A stretch of DNA of 57,463 nt, the filler included, from Jimgerdemannia flammicorona (Eukaryota), in the NCBI GenBank assembly GCA_003990765.1. It is 3 parts of 3 records of this genome, joined end to end, with 100 filler letters (N's around TTAATTAATTAA, not from the genome) between each part and the next. Parts side by side here need not be neighbours in the genome. Positions count along the whole stretch, not along the records: positions 38,385 to 57,463 come from RBNJ01002034.1; 2 more parts are not named here. One strand, given 5' to 3'. The notes beneath the pieces were generated by a model, which worked only from the letters and a program-made list of their open reading frames with translations, searched no databases and had not been told where the DNA came from. Made by a program: the position numbers and the translations under genes. Positions 48,115 through 57,463 of this stretch are shown here, piece after piece. The first letter of the stretch is position 1; each line of letters begins with the position of its first letter.

Positions 48115-50154
48115 ATGATTCCTATATCCTACCAAGCAGACGACGAGATCCCCCATCACATCAGAAACACCCTCAGTCCCGTCGCTGCGAAAAAGGAATC
48201 CGCCCTTGCCAATGCCCTGGGCCCCGTCCGTACTCTGCAGGGTCAAAAGAAGAGTCCGCGCAAGCCCATCGTTGACACTGGCCTCACTGTAGAAACACCC
48301 CGCAAGAGCCGCATCGGGAAAGACCCTGCGGAGTCATCGAACCCTTTCGTGGGGGAGAACGAAGAGGAATTTGAGCTCGCGCAGCAGCGAACGCCCAGCG
48401 CGAGGATGAGGCTAGGCCAGCGACGCCACATTGACAGTGATGGAGTTGGGGAGGACGACGATGACAAGGAGAACCAGCAGGCCACGCCTACGAGCGGGCG
48501 GAAATTGTTTGGGTTTACGCCAAGGTCACAGAGGAAGAAAGGGTTCGAGTCGTTACTGAAGAAGGTGGCCGGCACAGGAAAGGAGGAGGAGGAGGAGGAG
48601 GAAGAGGGCGGGAGTGAGATGATCGAGGAGGTAGCGGGGCCGCTGCTACCCGTGGAATGGCCGCCAAAAACGCCGTCGAAGAGCACAGCGAGAAAGGCGG
48701 GTAAATTTTCGGCTCCAGTTGATCAACTAGAGACGCCGACGCGGAAGGGGAAGACACCGCGGTCGGCGAGTGTGAAGAGGTTGCTGTTTGAGGCGGAAGA
48801 GAGCGAAGAAGAAGGCGACGAGAACATGGAACCGCCCGGCACTCCATCGCGAACGCCGAGAACAGCCCGCACTCTTGTCATTTTGAACAATGGTGACCCC
48901 GACCGCTCAGCGAAACGGCGCCGCATCGCCAGGAAGATATCGCGGATGAACGAGGTCGCGTCGGAAAGCGAAGGGGGCGACGATGATGAACTCGAAGCCG
49001 CTGCCGACGACGAGGAGGAGCCCGCCGCCGAGTCCGAAGCCTCCGGCGATGAAGCCGACGCCAACGCCATTGCCTCCTCCTCCTCCCATCGTCCTCTGAC
49101 CTCCTTCTTCGAGGACGACGCCACAGGCTACGACCGCTACTTCCAGGACCTTCACGGCACCTCCAAGACTTCCAATAACACACTCTCCAAGCTCCCCATC
49201 CTCGACCGTCAAGACCTTGCTGACATGCTCCAAGCCGCCCCTCGCAAACACGCCCGCGAGATCGGGACCCTCGCCCGACTCCATGAACACCAGTTCTCGC
49301 AGTGGTGTTTCGAGCTCGCCTCGGGGTTCAACCTCCTCTTCTACGGTTATGGATCAAAGCGGAACCTCCTCACACGATTCGCAACATCCAACCTCACAGA
49401 TGCACCGCTCCTTGTCGTCAACGGATATTTTCCCTCCATTACTATCAAGGACATACTCACACAGATCACATCCGGCGCCCTCAACCACACAGGCTCGATG
49501 GGCTCTATCCAGGAACACACTGCCTTCGTCCACGCATACTTCTCCCAGCCAGACGACCGTCGCCGCGTCAATAAACTCTACCTCCTCGTCCACAACATCG
49601 ACGGGCCCGCACTGCGAAACGACCGGGTCCAAACAGCCCTAAGCGTCCTCGCATCCGCGCCAAATATTCACGTCGTCGCTTCCATGGACCACATCAACGC
49701 CGCGCTCCTATGGGACGGCGTGCGCACAGCCAGGTTCAACTGGGCGTGGCACGACGCGACTACATACGATGATTACCTCGTCGAGACAAGCTTCGAGGAC
49801 TCCATCATGGTCCGCAGGGGCGTGATGGGCGCTCAGGGCGTCAACTACGTGCTCGCGTCGCTCACGTCGAACGCTAGGGGGATTTTCAGGATCCTCGCCG
49901 AGCATCAGATTCTTGAAACCACGGTTGCCGGTGGAAATGCGCCGACGGAGGAGATTGGGTTGCTATATGGCGCGTACTTTGCTAGAGCTAGGGAGGGTTT
50001 CTATGTTAGTAATGACATCACGTTCCGGACCCAGTTGACCGAGTTTAGAGATCATAAGATTATTCAATCTAAGCGCGTCGCGGATGGGTCCGAGGTGCTA
50101 TATATTCCGCTCGATGCTGAGACGTTGACGGGCATATTGGAGAGTATGGTGTGA
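48115..50154 (+). CDS. ORC2: Origin recognition complex subunit 2
   Basis: Disordered N-terminus rich in TP/SP sites, then GFNLLFYGYGSKR, VVNGYFP, LLVHNIDG, WHDATTY and TEFRDHKII. The start codon is the first in-frame ATG; an upstream exon is not excluded. Confidence 0.93.
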   Translation: MIPISYQADDEIPHHIRNTLSPVAAKKESALANALGPVRTLQGQKKSPRKPIVDTGLTVETPRKSRIGKDPAESSNPFVGENEEEFELAQQRTPSARMRLGQRRHIDSDGVGEDDDDKENQQATPTSGRKLFGFTPRSQRKKGFESLLKKVAGTGKEEEEEEEEGGSEMIEEVAGPLLPVEWPPKTPSKSTARKAGKFSAPVDQLETPTRKGKTPRSASVKRLLFEAEESEEEGDENMEPPGTPSRTPRTARTLVILNNGDPDRSAKRRRIARKISRMNEVASESEGGDDDELEAAADDEEEPAAESEASGDEADANAIASSSSHRPLTSFFEDDATGYDRYFQDLHGTSKTSNNTLSKLPILDRQDLADMLQAAPRKHAREIGTLARLHEHQFSQWCFELASGFNLLFYGYGSKRNLLTRFATSNLTDAPLLVVNGYFPSITIKDILTQITSGALNHTGSMGSIQEHTAFVHAYFSQPDDRRRVNKLYLLVHNIDGPALRNDRVQTALSVLASAPNIHVVASMDHINAALLWDGVRTARFNWAWHDATTYDDYLVETSFEDSIMVRRGVMGAQGVNYVLASLTSNARGIFRILAEHQILETTVAGGNAPTEEIGLLYGAYFARAREGFYVSNDITFRTQLTEFRDHKIIQSKRVADGSEVLYIPLDAETLTGILESMV

Positions 50155-51121
50155 ATGGTGCTTGTATTCTGTTGACGACACTTACAATAACTCTTGCATA
50201 TTAATTGCAACGCCAGATTTTTGTAAATAAACACATTCATGGTTGAGTTTGATAATGCGACGTGGCTGGGGTTGTAGAAAAGCGCTGAGATGGTAATGCT
50301 ACATGATCATATGTGGATTGGGATGTCACTTTGGTACGGATCTATCATGATGAGATGCCTGGTAGTTGACGAGGCGAGCTGGAATAAGGCTACGTGTAGC
50401 CGGAATGTTAACCGCTAAACCGGGCCGCATCAAGATATCTGTAAATAGGTTGCCAATGTCGGTCCGATACCTCCAGCTTGCAAGAGAGGCTCGCGCGAGG
50501 GTCTTGAATAGACTATATATAGCTGGATGTGCATGTACATCAGACAGGGTTTTATTATTTTGTTCCATGGGCTAAGTACACAATGCTACATTTCATTGGC
50601 TTTGCCAGTGTCGTTTGAGGGACGCAACGGAATTTCCGGTGGTGCATATCGGAATGGTGGCGTTGGTGTTTTGCATCCAATCCTTGAGTTCTTCCATATC
50701 ACGAGCAATGTTTCTGATAATCCAGGTTGTCGTTGGCCATAGCGCTCAAATACGGGCTCGTGTCCACATGAATTGGCAATACGGCCCAGTTGGCAAATGC
50801 AAGAAATACCCCCCGAGTCCCCGAAACCTCTTACTATCCGCCCCATCTTCTGGGGTGGACCCATTTGTGCAGTGTTCTTTCTTCGTATCCAAGGACCCAA
50901 TGGTGCACGTGATCCGCGCTACCCGCTTACATGAGAAAGGAATCGAGCCATATGGCATTTGGGCCGGCACTTCGATTGAGGGTGTCTGGGCGTTGAAAAC
51001 CGTGCCTTTCGGACAAGCTTGTAATGTTGCAATGTGGCTGGATGAACTCTGAACCATTTTCGGCCTCGCTGTTGAGGAATCACGTGCTCAAAGAAATAAG
51101 GTTCGACATGTTTTTGCTCCC

Positions 51122-51157
<36 letters not shown>

Positions 51158-52737
51158 TTTGTGAGATGGCTCATTCATTTCGGTAGTCTTATCCGTATTT
51201 TATTTTACTTTATTTTTATTTATTTTTTTTTAAAAAAAAAAAACGCTCACAGTTGTCAGTATTGAGAACCCCGAACCACATATCCGAAAGAAAGGCCAGA
51301 TCGCGTCATGCGATGCGTCCGCCATCACGTTCGATTGCACAACCACAAACATGCGACACGTCGGCCTTCCAATCAACAGACAGCCCTACATCTAATTACC
51401 CCACCATTGGCAAACCACGGGATCCTTTTTTATTATTGTTGTTGTTGCCCGAATCACCGCACTCATTCCCAGCGGCATCTCAATCTAGGTCATCAGCCGA
51501 CAATCAAGCATTGCGTCGTCCGTTGGAGGCCAGCGCATGTCGTCTGAACCCTTCCAAATATCGGAATCTGGTTCGTCTCGAGGACAGGCGGCACCGCTGT
51601 CTCACATGTGACACGCACCGATTGAGAAGGACGAATGGCGCAATCATTGGAGGCGCCCATACCAATTACCCTGCAGCAATGTGCACAGGTCAATCCTTCC
51701 ATACCTGCATCCGTCTAGCCTTGTTCCGACGTTCAAGCCGCTCTGGCAAAATTAGCCTCCAACGCCGCGTGCACCAACCTCAGTGGATTCGGTTAGTAGT
51801 AATTTACCCTCTTTTTTTTTTTTTTGACGAATAAACAATAAATCACATAAATTTTGATCCCGCTAAATTGCATATAAACAATTCATCGATGCCGACAAAA
51901 TCAAGAAATATGGTCCATCATCATGTTCTTTTAAGAAGTCCTTGGGCCCCGGTCACCATCTCCTGATCCATCTTGGTTAAATCACTTATTTCCTATTTTA
52001 GCAATCCCTGGCTCGTCGCATTAATGTCTGCTCGTAAATAAACAACAGGGGTTCCAAAAGACCCGTCATCGCTGAGGAAGTGTCTAGAAGTGAATATCCA
52101 GGGTACTAGGACCCTGAGATATAGGGTTTATAGGAATCTCCCCTTGTTCGCTTGCGCAACTCGAATGATTCATGATTTGAAATGATCGAAAAGGATGTTG
52201 AAGGGTTTGTTGTTTTGTAACCCATGTCGTGTTCGGAGAGCTACCAAATTAATTACACTAACAATATATATATATTCTCTATGGTAAATGTAAAAGATAA
52301 TAAAATTAAGCGTTTCTATATATATATATTTTTGTATTAATGATGGCTATCTCTCATATCTATTTAGTATATCATTGAACATGACAGATTATTTATAACT
52401 TTGTATCATTGCTGATATCTAAATATTTAGAACTCAGATTTGCACATTATTTAAAAGTGTCCAGAACATGGTTAAGTGCTTGTCAGGCGGGCCGCTAATG
52501 ATGCATGGTGACGTCCTGTGATACACATCCAATTCTGAAGGGCAGGTACCAGTAATTCTATGACACCAGGGTTTGCTGCGGCGCGCAGTAAATATAATTG
52601 CAATTTGACATTGGCCAATAAGACTTGTTATCTGTAGTGGCGCGTCATTCATCATCATCAACCCATCCCAATTGACGCGTTCTCTTCTCAACACCTTCTC
52701 AATCACCCAAACAAAGGAAAAATAATAATAATAAAAC

Positions 52738-52771
52738 GAGAGAGAGAGAGAGAGAGAGAGAAAGAAAGAGA
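52738..52771 (+). repeat. (GA)n microsatellite upstream of the F-box gene
   Basis: Direct reading of the GA dinucleotide run. Confidence 0.85.
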
Positions 52772-52791
52772 GCGCGAGGAATCCCACAAAG

Positions 52792-54060
52792 ATGTTTCCC
52801 ACAATCACCAACCGTTGCAGACTCCCACTGGAGATCCTCATCGAAATCTTCCGGCTCGTCGAACAACTCGGCAACGGATATTACGACATCCTCGCCTGCG
52901 CCCTGGTCAGCCGGGACTGGTACCACGCTTACCTTCTCTTCGTCGCCACCCACGGGCTGTGTATTGAGCCGGCAGATTTTTGGGAACATTGTCCGGAGCA
53001 AGTCTGGAGTAGAGTCAGCCAGGGAAGGTGGCGGCTCGCGAACCTCCTGTTTGAGGCGAGACGGTACAACGTTGACATACCGTGGAAGAAGGAAGAGCTG
53101 ACGTTAAATTTGAGAAGAATTGTCGCGGGCGCGAGGCGATATGATCTTCTACACAGGAGGTCCCGCAAAAGCGACAACGGGCTCAAAAAAACATTGGTAA
53201 ACACAAGGCCTGTTCAAGAACTCACGGCCCTTATCCAAAATATTGTTTCGGTCAAGCAGCTAGACATCAAGCTCAAAGGTGTGGACCCAGAGGTTTTCAA
53301 CGAAGCCGCCGATTTCCTACGACAATTCCTGCACAATTTCCGGTGCCTTCAAACCATAACAATCACTGGTCCATTAATTGGTGGATGGCCCTCGGAGACT
53401 GCAATGGTCCATCCTGTTACAGAGATCCTCAACAACAACACGACCAATTTGCGGAAAATCAACCTGACGGAGTTCATCGGTGACAAGACGGTGACGGAGG
53501 CACTCCGTCGCTGCACCAAAATCCATACCGCGACCTTGTACGAATGGGACGGCCTCGACAAGGAGGACATTGCTTACACGACCGAGGGCATCCTCCGCCT
53601 TGAGAATAACATCACTCCGATGCGATTCTGGCCCAACCTGCGGATGCTTGATTTCCGTCACTCCAAATACCCGACCAGTCCCATCCTGGACGACCTGGTG
53701 CGGTCGTGCCCGTTGCTGGAGGAACTCAGATTGGGCCCCGGCGTTAAGGGTGACGAGGAAGAGTTCCACGAATCCCTGTACAATTTCGTCGTTGCGTTCG
53801 GGTCGCGCATTAAATGCTTGGATCTCGTGGGGCTGTGGCCCGTTGTAATCGAAAGTCGAGTAGTTCTCTGGTTAGCAGGCTCTGCACCATGTCTTAAAAA
53901 GCTGTCGCTCAGCAGATGCGACTGGAACTCAGAACCGTCGGAGGTGAATTGGCCAAGGATGCGTTCGCTGAAGATTTTCCCAGATCCGACAATGGCGTGG
54001 CGGCGCGCTATCGTGAGGGCTTGCCCGGGTTTGTCGCCGTTCAGCGGCTATTCGTTGTAG
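52792..54060 (+). CDS. F-box / leucine-rich-repeat (RNI-like) protein
   Basis: RLPLEILIEIF...ILACALVSRDWY F-box, then LRR-like units (WPNLRMLDF, SCPLLEELRL, APCLKKLSLSRC). Intronless 422-aa ORF. Confidence 0.85.
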   Translation: MFPTITNRCRLPLEILIEIFRLVEQLGNGYYDILACALVSRDWYHAYLLFVATHGLCIEPADFWEHCPEQVWSRVSQGRWRLANLLFEARRYNVDIPWKKEELTLNLRRIVAGARRYDLLHRRSRKSDNGLKKTLVNTRPVQELTALIQNIVSVKQLDIKLKGVDPEVFNEAADFLRQFLHNFRCLQTITITGPLIGGWPSETAMVHPVTEILNNNTTNLRKINLTEFIGDKTVTEALRRCTKIHTATLYEWDGLDKEDIAYTTEGILRLENNITPMRFWPNLRMLDFRHSKYPTSPILDDLVRSCPLLEELRLGPGVKGDEEEFHESLYNFVVAFGSRIKCLDLVGLWPVVIESRVVLWLAGSAPCLKKLSLSRCDWNSEPSEVNWPRMRSLKIFPDPTMAWRRAIVRACPGLSPFSGYSL

Positions 54061-54295
54061 AAGGAGAATCACGAGGAATGGAGAGCTTATATAGTCGAAC
54101 ATAGGGCATCCACAATATCAGTTCAAAATTAAATTAAAATTCAAATAGTAACAAAGTCGGTTGTAAAGTTAAAAGCGACATTGCTCGTGTCCTCAATACG
54201 CATATGGTCTATTGGTTATTGATAATGCTTCTTCGGAAACATCTCGCTGTGGCATAAATCCCCCTACTTGCCCTCCAGAATAATCAAAGAATCAA

Positions 54296-54350
<55 letters not shown>

Positions 54351-54539
54351 AAAAAAACCCCCCTTTTGTAAATTCTCATACTTATTATTCATCCCAACCT
54401 CCACCACAGAACCTCCACTCTTCTCTTCTGCGACAAGCGACTAGGTTGCATAGGTAGGTGAAAGCAGTCCAAGTCACGTTCCTGAGGATGAAAACTTTGG
54501 TGGCTTGAGCACCCAAACGCGATTTCTCACCGAACATCG

Positions 54540-56472
54540 ATGATGCTTCTATCGCGTTGTTCAACCCCATGGTGCTTCGACTCCAACAGAGTACTTCCGA
54601 GATTGTTTCGCTTGCAACTCGTTATTTCTCAATGTCGTTTCTTGGCAACCATCCGTGCTGAACAACATGAAGCTAAACCCACCCCAATGGCATTGCGAAA
54701 GAAAAACCTCCTCGGTATGACTTTGGACGAGATGAGGCAGGAGATTACTAGCTCTCTGTCTGGGGGTCATGATGTTCATCATGCTCAGACCTTTAGGGCC
54801 AATCAGATATGGAGATGCATATATCGACATGGTAAGTCTTTTGGTAAAACTTTTGCTCCGTGGTTACAAAAACGAGCGCATAGATATCAGTGACTACAAT
54901 ATCTATATCATAGGCATTACATCCTTCTCCCAGATGACCAACCTCCCAGAGTCTCTCCGCAACACTCTCGACGACCTCTACACCATTGACTACGGCCATA
55001 TCAAGGTTTTTTTTGTCGCCTCACTACCATTCACCAACTTCATTCCAACTCGCTCCTTACCCTTCCATACAACCCCGCCACACTCAGCTCGACAAGCTCT
55101 CCAAGGATGGCACGCGTAAGTTTCTCGTCTCATTTGACGACGACCCTCGTGCGGTGGTCGAGACTGTGGTGATTCCTGAGAAGCACCGCGGTACGCTCTG
55201 CCTGTCGTCACAGATCGGGTGCTCGTTGAACTGCACCTTCTGCCACACGGGGACGCAGAAGCTGTTGAGAAATCTGACAGCAGGGGAAGGTGAGGACAAG
55301 GCTTTGATTCTTGGGCTGCCTCTCTTGATACGGTGATCAAGCCATTTTTCCCGTACGCTATTAATGCTGGCGCCACACTTGCTTTTGCCATTTGATGTGT
55401 TTGCTTACGCTTTTTAGTCGTCGGTCAGTACATGATAGCTGCCTCAGCCTTTGGGGACTTCCCGATAGTAGATGGCAAGAGGCGGGCGGATGGCAAGAAG
55501 CGGGAGGTCTCAAACTTTGTGTTTATGGGCCAAGGAGAGCCTTTATACAACTTTAAGTGAGTATCGATCCCAGTCTAGTTTCAGTTTCTATACGCCACTC
55601 ATCTTCGACAACGCCATCTCATTCTCCTTAAACCCCACCCTAGAAACGTCGCGACCGCCATCCGTATTCTCACGGACCCTGACGGCCTGAGTCTCCCACC
55701 TACAAAGATAACCGTCTCGACTTCAGGCGTAGCTCCTCTGATCCCCAAGCTGGCCACGCTAGGCGTCTCGCTCGCGATTTCTCTCCATGCACCACGCGAC
55801 GACCTGCGCGACACACTCGTGCCGTTGAATAAGAGATTCGGGATCCGCAAGTTGATACAATCATGCCGCGAATACGTCAGCGCGATGACCTCCAACGGAA
55901 AGGGAAAGGACGCAACGAGGGTCACGTTCGAGTACGTGATGCTCAAGGGCGTGAATGATTCGGAAGCCGAGGCCAGGGAGGTCGTGAGGGTATTGAGCGG
56001 AGTGCCGAGTCATGTCAATCTTATGTGAGTTGGGGAAAGGGTTTGTGTGACCGAGGTCTCCGTGATGATCTTGGGAATGGGTGGTCTGCGTGGGTGCATT
56101 TCGTGAATATCTGTCTCTAGGTTTGTTTCTGTTTTCTCATCATTGATTCCTCATTTTTGGAAGCCCCTTCAACCCATGGCCCGACAGCGGGTATAAGACT
56201 TCGCCTCCCGACCAGATTGCGCGGTTTGCGGAAGTGGTGGTTAATAGCGGTGTGCACTGCACAATCAGGAGACCGAGAGGACGAGGTAAAAAAGTGTTGG
56301 CAATTTCAATATTATTATTATTTGCCACTCATTTTATTAATTCTACTTCCTTTCCATCCATTTCTCCCCATCCATCCCGCTGTCGGTAGATATCATGGCG
56401 GCGTGCGGCCAGCTCAAGAGCAACACGGAAAACAAAGCCTTCGTGGCCGCAGCGGCGTCGCGGGCCTCATAG
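54540..56472 (+). CDS. rlmN: RlmN-family radical-SAM RNA (m2A) methyltransferase, 7 exons, putatively mitochondrial
   Basis: Exons ~54540-54831, 54914-55005, 55088-55289, 55418-55556, 55644-56024, 56164-56286 and 56390-56472. They give [29 protein letters not shown] (CxxxCxxC), [28 protein letters not shown] and [13 protein letters not shown]. Confidence 0.92.
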
Positions 56473-56672
56473 GATATGCGCGTTGTGATTGGATTTGTGC
56501 GAACCTGTTGCGGATGTTTCTTTGTATATTCATTGGGTCTGGTCTGTTCGTCTCGGGTCGAGCGTGGCGGTGGCGATATTTTTCGGGCTTTGGTTGGGCT
56601 CGTGCTGCGAGTAAGGTGTGGGTTTGGTAAATTATGTTTAATGTGTGAATGGAATGATTACAGGGCAAAGGG

Positions 56673-56712
<40 letters not shown>

Positions 56713-57463
56713 CCATATTGTTTGGTTTTGCGAATAAAGAGGCGAATGAGGGCCAGGAAGGAACCACTTTCTTCAAACGTAACCAATCTCCGACAACTGC
56801 GTCGCTCGTATCAACATTATTGTTGACATCTCGAAACGCCCGCCTTAAAGCTCTGATAAAGGCCGAATCTATAGGATGACGGAGATTTACGAGCTCTCGG
56901 AATTGCACCAAACTCGTCCTTTCGCAACTCAGACGCTCTTTGTAAACTACCACATGTAATTACCTCATTCTAATAGCGACGATGAATTTCTTAGCACCCT
57001 GCGGCTGGGAGCAAGTTTGGTGACCGGACATGTAACGCTTCCGCTACCATTATATTTATTTTATGTGTGCTGCTTCTCATCGAGATCCGCAAAAACAAAG
57101 TGAATGTCAGATGACTTTAGACTATAATGTACCTGGGTAAAGGAAAGAACGTCAGTGTAAAGTTCATAATTCTTGTAGCAGAGAGACATGCATGCGTGGA
57201 GTGGTGTCCCCACAAAACACTCCACACATCGCTCGCATTGTTCGTTATCCAATTCTGCACGCCGCACCACAATACTTGTCGCCGGACGCTCTTCGTTCCC
57301 GCAGGCTGTAGCTCTCAACCTCGCAGAGAGCTTTCCGTGGAGCCAGGATGGATATCGAAAGATAAAATTCTGTGGCCAATCCGGCTCGGAAATTCCGAGC
57401 TGTTACCATCAGCCGATTTCAAAACCTGACCCGATCCCGACATATTGATAAAAGTTTTTTTTT

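Noticed and set aside
50586..51057. Overlapping ~100-145 aa ORFs downstream of ORC2
   Set aside because: No domain evidence on either strand; a real frame cannot be chosen.
52050..52180. CTGAGA-containing hairpin as a fungal TPP riboswitch
   Set aside because: Lacks the downstream GAACCTGATC...TAAT...GCG core, and there is no thiamine gene nearby.
27318..56708. Numerous poly(A)/poly(T) runs as retrocopy tails
   Set aside because: No adjacent retroelement sequence or TSD was recognised, unlike the LINE tail at 10430-10449. Treated as ordinary homopolymers.

Overview
Eukaryotic, intron-rich DNA. The gene repertoire suggests an early-diverging fungus, probably Mucoromycota (inference). The window is not one locus: it is three ~19.1-kb contigs (1-19094, 19195-38284, 38385-57463) joined by identical artificial 100-bp N44-TTAATTAATTAA-N44 spacers. 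Contig 1 is entirely nested, C-to-T-decayed retroelements: the 5' part of a Ty3/Gypsy-like LTR element encoding Gag-CCHC-dUTPase-(Cys/His motif)-protease in one frame, plus four L1/Tx1-like LINE copies. One LINE copy is 5'-intact and 3'-truncated yet flanked by a 16-bp target-site duplication. Contig 2 holds an intact ABCB/MDR transporter gene and a decayed immunity-like cluster: a SAM-domain gene, a kinase pseudogene and an NB-ARC/TPR NLR-like pseudogene split by a solo LTR, with a sharply CpG-free TPR array. Contig 3 is gene-dense: PP2C phosphatase, LCB1, GT77-like glycosyltransferase, an orphan with a mitochondrial-type presequence, ORC2, F-box/LRR, and an intron-containing RlmN-family radical-SAM RNA methyltransferase. 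All calls come from manual translation and motif recognition. No searches were run.
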